Below, one piece after another: positions 27,091-40,561 of a stretch of DNA of 64,000 bases. The notes below the pieces were generated by a model. It had not been told where the DNA came from and did not search any database. It saw only the letters and a list, made by a program, of their open reading frames with translations. Source of the DNA: Octopus bimaculoides (lineage: Eukaryota); NCBI RefSeq assembly GCF_001194135.2, contig NC_068994.1:39568466-39632465 (forward strand), written 5' to 3'. Position 1 is the stretch's first letter; the number at the start of each line of letters is the position of its first letter. The position numbers and the translations under genes are program-made.

Positions 27091-29065
27091 TTCTCTCCCT
27101 AATTAATATTTATGAGAAGGGTTTCTGCACAGATTCCACTTAACAAATTCATTCACAAGCCATTGGTTAACCTGGGGCTATAGTAAAAGACATTAGCCCA
27201 AATTACTGCAAACTGAGACTGAACCAGAAGCCATATAGCTGCAAAGTGAGATTCTTAACCACACAGCCATGCCTGAGTCTATGATAGTTTTTAATTTTTT
27301 TTTATGTTTTCCCTCATATTTTGAAATCATTCTGTAAAAGCTTAAACATCACAACTGCCCATTTCACAATCTCATCTTCTAAAAATTACAGAATTTTGGT
27401 CTGTGAATTCAAACATGATCAATTACTTGAGAAAATATGGGGTCTGTCAGGTTTACTTGACCTTGGCAATATAGAAACAAAAAAAAACAAAGCAAAAAAC
27501 TATGAAACAAAAACAAAATATCCCTAAGACATGAGGCATTCTGTAAACCTCTTGAGTCTGGTTTGGTTATGGAACTATTAAATTTAATTAAACTAAAATT
27601 ATCACTCATGAAGAAAAATGGATGTGAAAATGAAAAAAAAAAAAAAATACAAAATATAGAAAATATCAATGGGAGGTTTTCGTGAGTTAAAATATTTTCA
27701 AGAATAATCAAATGTTTTCTCAGAAGAGAGTATGTGATTGGAAAATTATGATAATTATATTATACAAATATTTGAAAAAGCTAAAGGATTTTGAAAATGT
27801 TTCTTAAAAAAAGTGCATAAAAATAAAAAAATAAAACATCTTGGAAAATACTAATTTTTCAAAGCAGGCAGTTTATCACTTGAGTAAAAAAAAAAATGGA
27901 AAATTCCGAATAATTTTCTAATTGATATTAATTGCACAGAAAATACGCATTTTTGTTAAGAATATTTTCATTAAAATCTTTAAATATATCAAAAACTATA
28001 TAGAGAGAATAGCATTACTAGGAGATCAAATGGTAAATGGTTGAAGTTGGTAAATTTTAGAATAATTATTAACTGTTTTAGAAAGAATTTAAAAATTGGC
28101 ATAATTGTTTGCCAATAGCTCCTATGTAGTGTTTAGCTGATAAGAAATTGTAATGTATAGTACAATATGAGTATATAAAGCTAAGAGTTAGACATTAATT
28201 CTTTACATATATTCTTGTAAATTTTGTTGAATATTTGCATTGAATCTTTTACAATGGGTGGGTGATGGGGCAGGAAATGTCTTGGCTTTGGGTAAAAGAA
28301 AATACAGGAGGATCAGTTAATTATGATTTTATTCAACGTAATGTCCTTTCAGATTCACAGTTATTTCAGGAGTCCTTCAGTTTTTCTAAGCCCAGAAGAT
28401 TGGCCTCCAGCCAGGCCTTTCGTGATACCCTTAAAACCAGGAACTTTTCAGCACTCTATCATAGGATACTTTTCAAATACAAAATTGTGTTAAGTCTTGG
28501 CTAGAGAGAGTGGGGGGAGAAAAATATGCACAGACATGGTTGTGTTATTAAGAAGCTTGCTTTGTAACCACATGAATTTGGGTTTAGTCTTACTGTGCTG
28601 ACTCTTGGGCAAATATCTTCAATATAGGCCCAGGCTGACCAATGCCTTGTGAGTAAATTTCATAGAGAGAAACTGTGTGGAGGTGACCGGCTGTGTGGTA
28701 AGAAGTTTGCTTTGCAACCACATGGTTCCAGGTTCGGTCCCACTGTGTGGCACCTTAGGCAAGTGACTTCTACTACAGCCTCAGGCCAACCAAAGCCTTA
28801 TGAATGGATTTGGTTGATGAAAACTGAAAGAAGCCTATTGTGTGTGTGTGTGTGTATTGCTGTGTCTCTGTTTGACGACCAATGGTGTGTTTACATTCAC
28901 GTGACTTAGTGTTCAGGTGAAGAGACCAATAGAACAAGTACCAGGCTTAAAGAGAAAATAAGTACTGGGGTTGATTAGTTTGACTAAAATTCCTCTAGGC
29001 ACAGCATGGGCACAGTCTAACAATTGAAACTAGTAATATATGATATACATATATATATATATATA

Positions 29066-29325
29066 TATGGTTCAGTGGTTAGAACGTCAGGCTCACAATC
29101 ATGAGATAATGAGTTTGATTCCTTGACTGCACTGTGTGTTGTGTTCTCGAACAAGACACTTCATTTCACATTGCTTCAGTTCACTCACCTGTAGAAATGA
29201 GTTGTGATGTCACTGGTATGCAAAAGTAACTGCTGGTCTTCCATAAACCATCTTGCCTGGACTTGTGCCTTAGAAGGGAACTTTCTAGGGACAATCCCAT
29301 GGTCATTCATGACCAAAGAAGGTCT
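29066..29325 (+). mobile_element. Third SINE type (tRNA head plus GTGT..TTG.ACAAGACACTT central domain)
   Basis: GGTTCAGTGGTTAG A box, GAGTTTGATTCC B box, and a central domain shared with the 57620 copy. Confidence 0.55.
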
Positions 29326-29369
29326 TTATATATATATATATATAAGATGCATATATATATTCTTTTCTT

Positions 29370-29750
29370 CTTTCATTCTTTTACACATTTCAGCCATGCT
29401 GGAGCACTGCTTTAAAGAGTTTTAATTGCCGAGATCAACCCCAGGACTTATTCATTGTAAGCCTAGTACTTATTTTATCGATCTCTTTTGCTGAACCACT
29501 AAGTTACAGTAACATAAGCACACCAACATTAGTTGTCAAGTGATGGTTGGGGAGTAAACACAGACACAAAGACACACACATATATACATATACACACAAC
29601 AGACTTCTTTCAGTTTCTGTCAACCAAATCCATTCACAAGGCTTTGATTGGCCTGAGTATATAGGAAAGACACTTACCCAAAGTGGTATGCAGTGGGACT
29701 GAACCCAAAACCAGTGGTTGGGAACCAAGCTTCTCACCACACAGCCTGCA
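29370..29750 (-). mobile_element. Dominant SINE copy
   Basis: Homologous to the reverse complement of 56038-56465. Confidence 0.8.
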
Positions 29751-29754
29751 CCTG

Positions 29755-29802
<48 letters not shown>

Positions 29803-31502
29803 TATATTTAAGTATGTGTGTGTGTCCATGCATATGTGTATTTATGTTTTTTGCCCACTACCATATAACAGCAACAAATGTTGACTTGTTTATGTTAGCA
29901 TAACTTATCAGTTTGCCTAAAGTGACTAATAGAAAAAAACACTAGACTTAAAACAAGCATGAAAAAAAAAAAATAAAAAAAAATAAGGTATTTGGATTGA
30001 TTTCTTCAACTAAGCAGTTTGAGGTGGTGCCCAGCATGGCTGCAGTCCAATGACTGAAACAAGTAAAAAGTATAAAAGAGAAAAGATAAAAGGAGAGAAG
30101 GGGAGGGTGAATAAGAGAGATAGGCTTTCATTCGCGCTTGGCATATGAAGTAGAGAAGTATTTTTTATCAAGTTGGCAATGTCAAATTTCTGGTACATCA
30201 AGTCACTAATACAAAGGAGCCTTTAATCTATGATTTCAGAAGCTTTTTAGCAACCAGGTTCTTCTGTGGTGGATTGAGTAAGAGTTTTCTATAGCATCAG
30301 CTTATCAACACCTTCTGAATAAAATTTGGTTGACAGAAACTGTGCAAATTCTCATCGCATGCATGCAAGGGTGTGTGTGTATGTGCATGTATATATGTAC
30401 ATACATGTATTTCTATATGAGTGCTTATGTGTGTGCAGGTGCGTGTGACTGTGTTTACATTTATATTTAGCAGTATATTCATAAGTGCAGGTGTAGCTAT
30501 GTCGTTAAAAAGCCTGCTTCCCAGCCATGTAGTCTCAAGTTCAGTCCCACTTTAAGACACCTTGGGCATGTCTTCTGCTCTGGCCCTGGGCCAACCAAAG
30601 CTTTGTGAGTGGATCTGATAGGTGGTCAGTGAAAGAAGCCTATTGTGCGTGGTGTGTATATTATATATATGTGTGTGTGTGCTTCGATGTCTGTTCCTTA
30701 TGAGCATGCCCTGGTACTTTGCCACCATCTCTCTCCTGCTCTTCTTCATTCTCTCTCTTTCTCTTGCTCTCTTCCACTCTCTCTCTCTCTGAGACCAGGT
30801 AACCATGTATCTCCTCAACAGCCAGACACCTCTTTCTGTATCTCTATCACACTCTAACCCTTTCATCATCTGACACAAGATCACCTTAGAAATAGTCTGG
30901 AGAAGTCATAAAAGAAGACACTTGCCTAAGGTACCATACAATGTAACTGAACCTGGAAACCATATGGTTTGGAAATAAACTTTTTAACCACACACCCAAA
31001 TTTGCACCTGTATATAATATATTGTGTAATTACCACGTCTCAATCAGCAGTGATAGTATATTGGGTTTCAAATTTTGGGACAAGGCATGCAACTTTAGGA
31101 GAGGAGGTAAGTCGATTACATCAATGCAAGTGTTCAACAGGTACTTAACCGTTTAGCATTCAGATCACTCTATCAAACGTAATGCCTATTTATTTTCATT
31201 GCTTTGAATTTATCCTCATTATCTTGTAGCCTTGAGATTTCGATTAGGTGGCTGCATATTTTTTATACTAACATTGTGGGGTAGGTGACCCCAAAAGTAT
31301 GAAAGATAAAGTCAACATTGGAGGAATTTGAACTCAGAATGAAAAATGATGGATGAAATGCTGCTAATCATTTTGACCAGCGTGCTAATGGTTCTGGCAG
31401 CTCAATGCCTTAGTGAAGTGATAGAACTACAATTTATAGAGCAGTGACAATGAGTAAATTTGATGTATTAAAAAAAATGGATATTAAAAGTGATGGGAGA
31501 GA

Positions 31503-31539
<37 letters not shown>

Positions 31540-31549
31540 NNNNNNNNNN

Positions 31550-31594
<45 letters not shown>

Positions 31595-32484
31595 TGGAAG
31601 TGAGGTGATGAAATCATTGAGCATTTTCTTGGGGGTAGCAATGGAATTTTGATGAGCTTTGAAAAAGAAAAGAAGAAAAATAAATTAATCCTATAATATG
31701 GATTGATGGGATTTAGATGCTATGTTGAAGTCAAATGAATTCAGTGAAATATAATGATGATTGAGAGTTCAATATCAAACAGAACATGTCATATGATAGA
31801 TGGCTGATTTGATTTTATCTTTGATATTTTGAGGAATATGCTTGCATTAGCATCGATTATGACTAAAGGCAGCATTGTAAAAAAAAAAAAAAACAGTGTA
31901 TTAATAAAGATAGGTACAGCTTATACAAAATAACTTTGGAATACTTGTTCTGTTATTGCAAAAATTTAAATGAATGTAATTGACAGTTAATATTTGCAGC
32001 AAAATAGTGAAGTTGTAAAAGCAAAATAGTCTTAGTTTCTTTTTTTTTTTTTTTCATAAAGATAAGAACTCTGTCCATCTGTTGCATCTATTAAACATTA
32101 AAATAATTCATGTAAGTAGGTATATATCATTATCTATATATCACTCTAATACACAAACATATACATACATACATACACTATATANNNNNNNNNNNNNNNN
32201 NNNNNNNNNNNNNNNNNNNNNNNNNNNNNNNNNNNNNNNNNNNNNNNNNNNNNNNNNNNNNNNNNNNNNNNNNNNNNNNNNNNNNNNNNNNNNNNNNNNN
32301 NNNNNNNNNNNNNNNNNNNNNNNNNNNNNNNNNNNNNNNNNNNNNNNNNNNNNNNNNNNNNNNNNNNNNNNNNNNNNNNNNNNNNNNNNNNNNNNNNNNN
32401 NNNNNNNNNNNNNNNNNNNNNNNNNNNNNNNNNNNNNNNNNNNNNNNNNNNNNNNNNNNNNNNNNNNNNNNNNNNNNNNNNNNN

Positions 32485-32600
32485 CTAGAGGTTCGGGCAT
32501 GTAACCCCATTTCAAAATGTCATCCGATAATCACTCCGGAAAGGAATATTCGGATAGAATGGGGCTTGCTAAAACTAGGCCGAAACAGCTGTAAGATTAA
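32485..32600 (+). ncRNA. 3' part of a hammerhead-like motif with extended stem II (5' core would lie in the adjacent gap)
   Basis: ...CTAGGCC-GAAA-CAGCTG-TA|AGAT: palindromic stem III ACAGCTGT and GUA triplet. Upstream hairpin pairings are CTAG/CTAG, CCCCATT/AATGGGG and TCCGA/TCGGA. Confidence 0.45.
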
Positions 32601-33670
32601 ACTTCTGTTCATCCTCTAATTCCTTATGTACTTTGTACTTCTATATGTAAACCATGTTGGCAAAATAACATGGTCTGCCATAGACACCTGTGCTTTGGTT
32701 CTTTCTTTCTTTTTCTTTTCTTTCTTTTTTTGTCACTTTTGCTATGAATTAAATTAATGAATTCAACGGGATACACCGTCTGCAAGTAGTTGGGTTCAGC
32801 ATAGTATCCTCCATTTTCTAATTATATACATATATGTATATTCGCTTTGGAAAGTATATTCAGTGATTAAGGTCACCTGGCTGCTGTGTCTAACCAGGTG
32901 GTTGTCCAGCACCAAGGAAGGGAAATAAGCCAGGAATATTGGTCTGCTGGTATTGCCAATGGCTAGGAGGGAGCAGTGAGCCTCCTTGCAAACAAGCTAG
33001 AAAAGACCTTTTCCTGTGGTTAAAATGTAGTAACATAGTCCTAGTCAGGACTGCCACGTTATGTTGGCCAATAAATTTTACTATATATATTTTGCCTTTA
33101 TTTATAAGTTGTCCATAATTTTCACCTCAAAAGTTATTTTTTTAATAAGCTGGCCACTGATAAAATTTTTTGAAAATTTTATCCTATATTAGATGTAAAT
33201 TTATTACCATTCACTTCCAGATTGTCTCTTACTCTATGAGAATTTTTAGTCTCATCGCACGTGTCTCGAGCTGTACAGCAAAATTTCTATTTGGATATAT
33301 TTGGGGTACTTAAGTGTACATATAGCTTTGTGCCTGCGTGTTCCATAGGTGCAAGTAAGTATTTCATTTATTTCTGAATGTATTTACCGCTGGTAACGCG
33401 AAAATTCTTTATGAATTTACTCAGAAACCAGATTGATTCAGTAATAACAGAATTTTTAGAAATTTCTGTCAGCTTGCTTCGAGATGTGTGCTTATAGTGA
33501 TGAATTATATGTGGTTATTGATGATTTAGAATTTATTCTCGGCATATTTGGCATAGGAATTTTTTTCTTTTGCCCTTATTTATAAGTTGTTTATAATTTT
33601 CACCTTAAAAGGTATTTTTTAATATGCTGGCCACTGATCAAATTTTTGGAAATTTTATCCTATATCAGGT
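32485..33670. mobile_element. AT-rich repeat, putative Penelope-like fragment
   Basis: Hammerhead 3' half at its start, CpG retention, and an internal ~100-bp direct repeat (33091-33192 / 33569-33668). Confidence 0.35.
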
Positions 33671-33960
33671 GATATATAATATATATATAATCTTTTATTA
33701 TTTTATTTGTTTTAATCATTTGACTCCAGCCATGCTGGAGCACCACCTTCAGTGAAGTAAATCAACCTCAGGACTTATTCTTTGTAAGCCTAGTACTTAT
33801 TCTATTGGTCTCTTCTGCCAAACTGCTAAGTTATGGCGATGTAAACACACCAGCATCGGTTGTCAAGCGATGGTGGAGAGACAAACACAGAAACAGACAC
33901 ACATATATATTCTCATATATAATATACATATATATATGTATGTATGTGTGTGTATATATA

Positions 33961-34014
<54 letters not shown>

Positions 34015-34017
<3 letters not shown>

Positions 34018-34176
34018 TGCAGGTGTGGCTGTGTGGTAAGAAGCTTGATTCCCAATCACATGGTTCTGGGTTCAGTCCCGCTGCATAACACCTTGGGCAA
34101 GTGTCTTCTACTATAGCCTCGGAGTGACCAAAGCCTTGTAAGTGGGTTTGGTAGATAGAAACGGGAAGAAGCCCTT

Positions 34177-34231
<55 letters not shown>

Positions 34232-34445
34232 ATATGCGTGTGCTTGTTCCCCGCCCCATCACCAACACTTGACAACTAATTCTGGTGTGTTTATGTCCTT
34301 GTAACTTAGCAGTTCAGCCAAAGGGACTGATAAAATAAGTACTAGACTTACAAAGAATAAGTCCTGGGGTTGATTTATTTGACTAACACCCTTTAAGGTG
34401 ATGCTCCAGCATGGCTGCTGTTAAATGATTGAAACAAGTAAAAAA
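34015..34445 (+). mobile_element. Dominant SINE copy, preceded by an inverted tail copy at ~33705-33900
   Basis: GGTGCAGGTGTGGCTGTGTGGTAAG head and a complete tail. Confidence 0.85.
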
Positions 34446-34490
34446 ATAAAAGAATAAAATAATATATATATGTGTACACAAACACACACA

Positions 34491-35500
34491 TCTATGTACA
34501 TAAATATGTAATGGTTTCTGTTTGTGTGTTCATTTGGGATTACTCTAACTCCTCCCACACCGTCCAACCAATTTTAATGAAAACTCGATAATGCTCAGTT
34601 GGCATCGATTTTTGTGAGCTCAGCAGGCGTTTGAATGGAAATTCCCATAACAATGTTATTTTTCCTGTAGCTTTTGCATTTTCTCCGATTTTGATGAAAA
34701 TCGCTGAGTGAACAAGGCTCATGGCAGTGAGTTGATGTCAGTATATGGCATTGACAAAAATCGTTAATTGCACATGTGCAGGGTATTTTAAGAAATCAAT
34801 AGCCTTTTTGTATGCAATTACCCATAGGATTAATATTTTATACTGTAACTTTTACAGAATTCATCCGATTTTGATGAAATTTGACATTTGAGTAAAGTTT
34901 ATTGTCAGAGTCATCTAGTAGAATTAAAATTAAACTGGCAAAAGACAGGAATCTTCACAATTCTCTGACAATAAAATAATGAACTGATTTTGAAGAAAAT
35001 TGACTCATGAGTAAAATTAAGCGCTTTGGCATATGAAACATCAATTATTCATATAATGTATTGGGATTTAAAAGTCAATGAGATATTTTCATGTAAGAGA
35101 TATTTTCATGTAAGAGATATTTTCATGTAAATGAAATATTTTCATGTAAATGGTGACATGGATTCTATTTTATGACATAACCTTAACACTTGTCTTCGGA
35201 TTTTGCAGAGATTTGACATGCTGATCAATTTTGCACAGAGGGTGACATTAAGGGGGGAGAAATAAACAAACATCACTCTCAAGAGGTTGAGTTACACCCA
35301 AGAATTCGACTGCGATTTCAGATGGTCCAGTATATAGAAGTATGTCGAAAGCTTTAACCAGGTAAAATCTCTGCCAAAATAGATATAACATCTTAATGGG
35401 TAATAGCTGACACAGGGAACTTAGACGATTTCAATACAAGGTGAGAGGTGGGCTTAACTTCAACACGGAAAACACGAGCAACACTGGGTCCAACAGCTAG
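34491..35500 (+). mobile_element. Non-autonomous Helitron-like element (~1.0 kb)
   Basis: Inserted between A and T with 5' TC (TCTATGTACATAAAT...GTTTGTGTGT) and 3' ...GAGCAACACTGGGTCCAACAGCTAG. It has recurring CCGATTTTGATGAAA motifs and an internal 17-bp tandem repeat, and no TSD. Confidence 0.65.
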
Positions 35501-35624
35501 TATATTTATATATAGAGAGAGATTGACAATATCAAAAATAAAGATTACTCTGAAGTAGCATTACCATTACTTTTAATTCTATAATTGTTTTGGTGTAATC
35601 CTTTACATTTTACTAACACACACA

Positions 35625-35669
<45 letters not shown>

Positions 35670-35895
35670 GTATATTTATATAAGAAAAGTTTGTGTAATA
35701 AAATTTATGGTGATATTAGGATCATATTACATCACTACATCATTACAAATTAGATATATATTTATATACATGTTGACTATATGGCAAAGTACTTGATAGG
35801 TATGAAACCAATGGCCATTCACTGACTGGCCAAAACAAATATATTACCGCTCTAATATTTTAGAGTTAACTTCTTATTCAGATATATGAAATCCT

Positions 35896-35944
<49 letters not shown>

Positions 35945-36859
35945 TAGGTTTCAGCCCAGGCCATAGCTAACTTTGAAGTACCACCTAGAAAAGATATTTA
36001 ATGATGCTTCATATTACAGTCATTCTTTGAGCACCATTACCCATTAGAGAAAAAAGTTATTGTTTGCAAAGATATATCTAAGTGTTGGTGGAATTTGTTG
36101 GAGATATTCATCCAGGAACTTTTTGAATGTTATGAGATTTTTTTCTTCTCTTATATATATCTTGATATCAGTTTTTCTAAGACCTGTAAAAGAACTTGGA
36201 AGGTTGAGCCTCCAGCCAGACCTTTTACCGGGAACTTTTCAGCAGCACCTCATATATATATATATACATATTAGGCCTCATGGAGGCAATGTGGCTGATG
36301 CCGATATCACGTAAGTGTCACCTGTGCTGGTGACACGTAAAAAGCACCATTCGAGTGTTCGGTCTCATGGAAGCAATGTGACTGATGCTGGTGTCATGTA
36401 AAAGCACCCATTACACCCTCAGAGTGGTTGGCATTGGGAAGAGCATCCAGCCATAGAAACCATGTCAAATCAGACTGGAACTGGTGCAGCCCTTCGGTTT
36501 ACCAGCCCTGATCAAACTGTCCAACCCATGCCAGCATGGACAGCAAATGTTAAATGATGACGACGACGATGACGATGATGATATGTATATGATGTGTTTA
36601 TCTGATTACTCATTTTACCCAGTTTGTCTATGTGATTTTCTTTATGTAGATAGTTTAGTATTTGTGGATAGTTTAACACACATCTAATGTACTACACAAA
36701 TATATATTTACAGTAATGTAAGATGTGACAATCTTAATTAAACAAAATTTATAATCCTTTACAAAATATTTTAATGTTTTTAATGTTTTTACAATTCTGT
36801 GACAAGTAATCGCTGATATCAATGTTCATAAAAATAAAAACAAATCACTTCATACTCTT

Positions 36860-37000
36860 GTGATGACATTCAAGTTTACATTGATGAAATTAAAGTTGAT
36901 GATGACGAAGTCAAGATAGATGACATTGTAATCGAGACTGGAGATAACAAAATTGAGGCTGACATTGACAAGATAAAGGCTGATAATGATGAATTTGAGA
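36860..37000 (+). repeat. Degenerate 21-bp tandem repeat, stop-free on + strand (acidic heptads)
   Basis: GATGACATTCAAGTTTACATT / GATGAAATTAAAGTTGATGAT / GACGAAGTCAAGATAGATGAC ... translating DDIQVYI DEIKVDD DEVKIDD IVIETGD NKIEADI DKIKADN. Confidence 0.6.
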
Positions 37001-37071
37001 GAGTAAACCTCTACACACATACACACACACACACACATATATATATATGTATGTATGTATGTATATATATG

Positions 37072-37128
<57 letters not shown>

Positions 37129-39861
37129 NNNNNNNNNNNNNNNNNNNNNNNNNNNNNNNNNNNNNNNNNNNNNNNNNNNNNNNNNNNNNNNNNNNNNNNN
37201 NNNNNNNNNNNNNNNNNNNNNNNNNNNNNNNNNNNNNNNNNNNNNNNNNNNNNNNNNNNNNNNNNNNNNNNNNNNNNNNNNNNNNNNNNNNNNNNNNNNN
37301 NNNNNNNNNNNNNNNNNNNNNNNNNNNNNNNNNNNNNNNNNNNNNNNNNNNNNNNNNNNNNNNNNNNNNNNNNNNNNNNNNNNNNNNNNNNNNNNNNNNN
37401 NNNNNNNNNNNNNNNNNNNNNNNNNNNNNNNNNNNNNNNNNNNNNNNNNNNNNNNNNNNNNNNNNNNNNNNNNNNNNNNNNNNNNNNNNNNNNNNNNNNN
37501 NNNNNNNNNNNNNNNNNNNNNNNNNNNNNNNNNNNNNNNNNNNNNNNNNNNNNNNNNNNNNNNNNNNNNNNNNNNNNNNNNNNNNNNNNNNNNNNNNNNN
37601 NNNNNNNNNNNNNNNNNNNNNNNNNNNNNNNNNNNNNNNNNNNNNNNNNNNNNNNNNNNNNNNNNNNNNNNNNNNNNNNNNNNNNNNNNNNNNNNNNNNN
37701 NNNNNNNNNNNNNNNNNNNNNNNNNNNNNNNNNNNNNNNNNNNNNNNNNNNNNNNNNNNNNNNNNNNNNNNNNNNNNNNNNNNNNNNATATATATATATA
37801 TATATATACGATGGGCTTCTTTCAGTTTCCGTCTACCAAATCCACTCACAAGGCTTTGGTCGGCCCGAGGCTATAGTAGAAGACACTTGCCCAAGGTGTC
37901 ACGCTGTGGGACTGAACCCAGAACCATGTGGTTGGTAAGCAAGCTACTTACCATACAGCCACTCCTATATGTAGTTCAAATTTATAGCAAGCAAAAGACA
38001 AAGACAGGTGTAGGAGCAACAAGCAGGTGCATCAGTTTAATACTTGAGAAGAATGGAATACATGGTTGCTAATACATAGAGTTTCATATCTAGCCACATG
38101 CATGCGTATGTCTATGCTAAGTTTTTGGAGTGTTTTACATATTTTCACAATTCCATTGATATCTTGTATCTATAGTCTTCTGATTAACTTTCTTCTTTCT
38201 GATCTAGAGAGTCCTAATTTCTCAATGTGTGTGCACACATGTGCACATACATGTATATGAATGTGTGCGCATATGCATGTACGTGTGTGTCCGCATGGGT
38301 ATGCATGCATGTGTGTCTGTATACAAAGAATTCTGCACAGTTTCTGTCTACCAAATTTCACTCACAAAACAATTGGTCAGCTGAAGGCTATGGTATAAGA
38401 CAATTACCAAGGATTAATAATGTAATGGCATCGAAGCCTGTAGCCATGTGGTTGTGAAGAGAAACATCTTAACCACACAGCCATACCTGCATGTACACAA
38501 ACAAATGGAATTCTAAATAGAATTGTCAAAACATCAAGCATTACAATGATCATTATTGAAAGTGTCTCTTTTCAGTATAACCTTGCTAAATAGCACGAAC
38601 AAAACAGAGTTGACATTGATAAGTCATTAGTGAAACCAGAACCAATTTAGTAGTAACATTATAATGATATAGAGAGAAAACTAATACAAGTCAACTCAAT
38701 GGGAATTGGGCATATGAAAATAGAATAGTGTATTGGAAACGTTGATGTAGAAACGGTTGGAAGTGATTAAAAATGGAAAATAAAATTATAGAAATTGCTT
38801 CCATCATGAAATTATATTACGTATATTACTCATAAAAATATCAATTACAGAAATCTATTTCATTTTGAAATGGTTTCCATAGAAAAGATGTGACAATAAG
38901 TGTATTAACATTCTTATTATTTGCCAAACTAGAAAGACATTTGAGGCTGTTTAATAAACTTTTACAGAGAGATCTCACTCATACACAGTCAGAACTGAAT
39001 TTTGTTTTGTATAAGGTTAACAATATGTTGACGACTTCTTCAGAAAGTAATATTTGATTGCGTTTAATAATTCTGTCAAGAAATCTTCAAGAAAATCTAT
39101 GTCAATAACCACTGAACTAAATATGTACTAAGATTTAATGGTAACTTACACAATAGTATAAGAGTATGCCTTGGAAATGTCTAATATAAGCAGAGGTATA
39201 GATGTGTGGTTGAGAAATTGGCTTTTGTAATGTTAATGTTACTAGTTTGATTCCACTGGTTAATACCTTGGGTAAATGCCTTCTGATGTAACCTCAGGTA
39301 GACCAGTAGTTTGTGAGTGGAATTAGGTAAACAGAAAGTGTATGCAGAGGTCTGTCAAACATAATGACATACATACATACATACAAACATGCAAAAATAC
39401 CCAGTTGTTGATGTTGAAATTCCAGTGAAGGAACCTTGGATCTAGGTTAGAAACCAATTCTTTCTCTATTGGCAAGAAGTCTTGAAATAAACTGAATAAT
39501 GACAAACATACATACATACATTTCTTTTTCTTATACACATATATATGCATTTATACTCATCATCATCATTATCATCATTTAACGTCTGTTTTCCATGGTA
39601 GCATAGATTGGATGATTTGACAGGAGCTGGCCAGCTAAAGACCTGCTCAGGTTCCATGTCTGTTTTGATATGATTTCTATGGCTGGATGCCCTTTCTAAT
39701 GCTAACCATTCTTCAGAGTGTACTGGGTGGTGCTATGCAGCACTGGCATGGGTGAATTTTCATGGTGCCAGTATGGGTGCTCTTTATGTGACATTAACCC
39801 CCATGAGCCTCCAAGATTAGGAATGCTCAGCTGGAGAGGGATGCAGGAGACAAGCCTGTAT

Positions 39862-39892
39862 GCAAGGACAACCATGCTATGCATACATACAC

Positions 39893-39927
<35 letters not shown>

Positions 39928-40049
39928 TTTATACATATACATATACACACACACATTTATACATATACATATATATATGTATGTATGTATGTATATATAT
40001 AAATATGTATGCATGTATGTATATATAAGTGTATATATACTCATACATA

Positions 40050-40083
<34 letters not shown>

Positions 40084-40110
40084 CACATACACCTGTGCAT
40101 GCATGCATGC

Positions 40111-40143
<33 letters not shown>

Positions 40144-40186
40144 TAGACAGATAGACAAACAGACAGAAGACAGACAGACAGATACA

Positions 40187-40217
<31 letters not shown>

Positions 40218-40375
40218 TTTTTTACAAGCAAGGACAACCATGCTATGCATACACACATATATATATATATATACACACACACATTTATACATATATATAT
40301 ATATATATGTATGTATGTATATATATAAATATGTATGCATGTATGTATATATAAGTGTATATATACTCATACATA

Positions 40376-40455
<80 letters not shown>

Positions 40456-40502
40456 CATACAGATACACCTGTGCATGCATGCATGCATAGATAGATAGAT
40501 AC

Positions 40503-40539
<37 letters not shown>

Positions 40540-40561
40540 TACATACATACATATTTTTTTA
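39862..40561. repeat. Tandem duplication of a ~366-bp compound-microsatellite block
   Basis: GCAAGGACAACCATGCTATGCATAC starts at 39862 and again at 40228, followed by the same order of repeat tracts. Confidence 0.8.
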
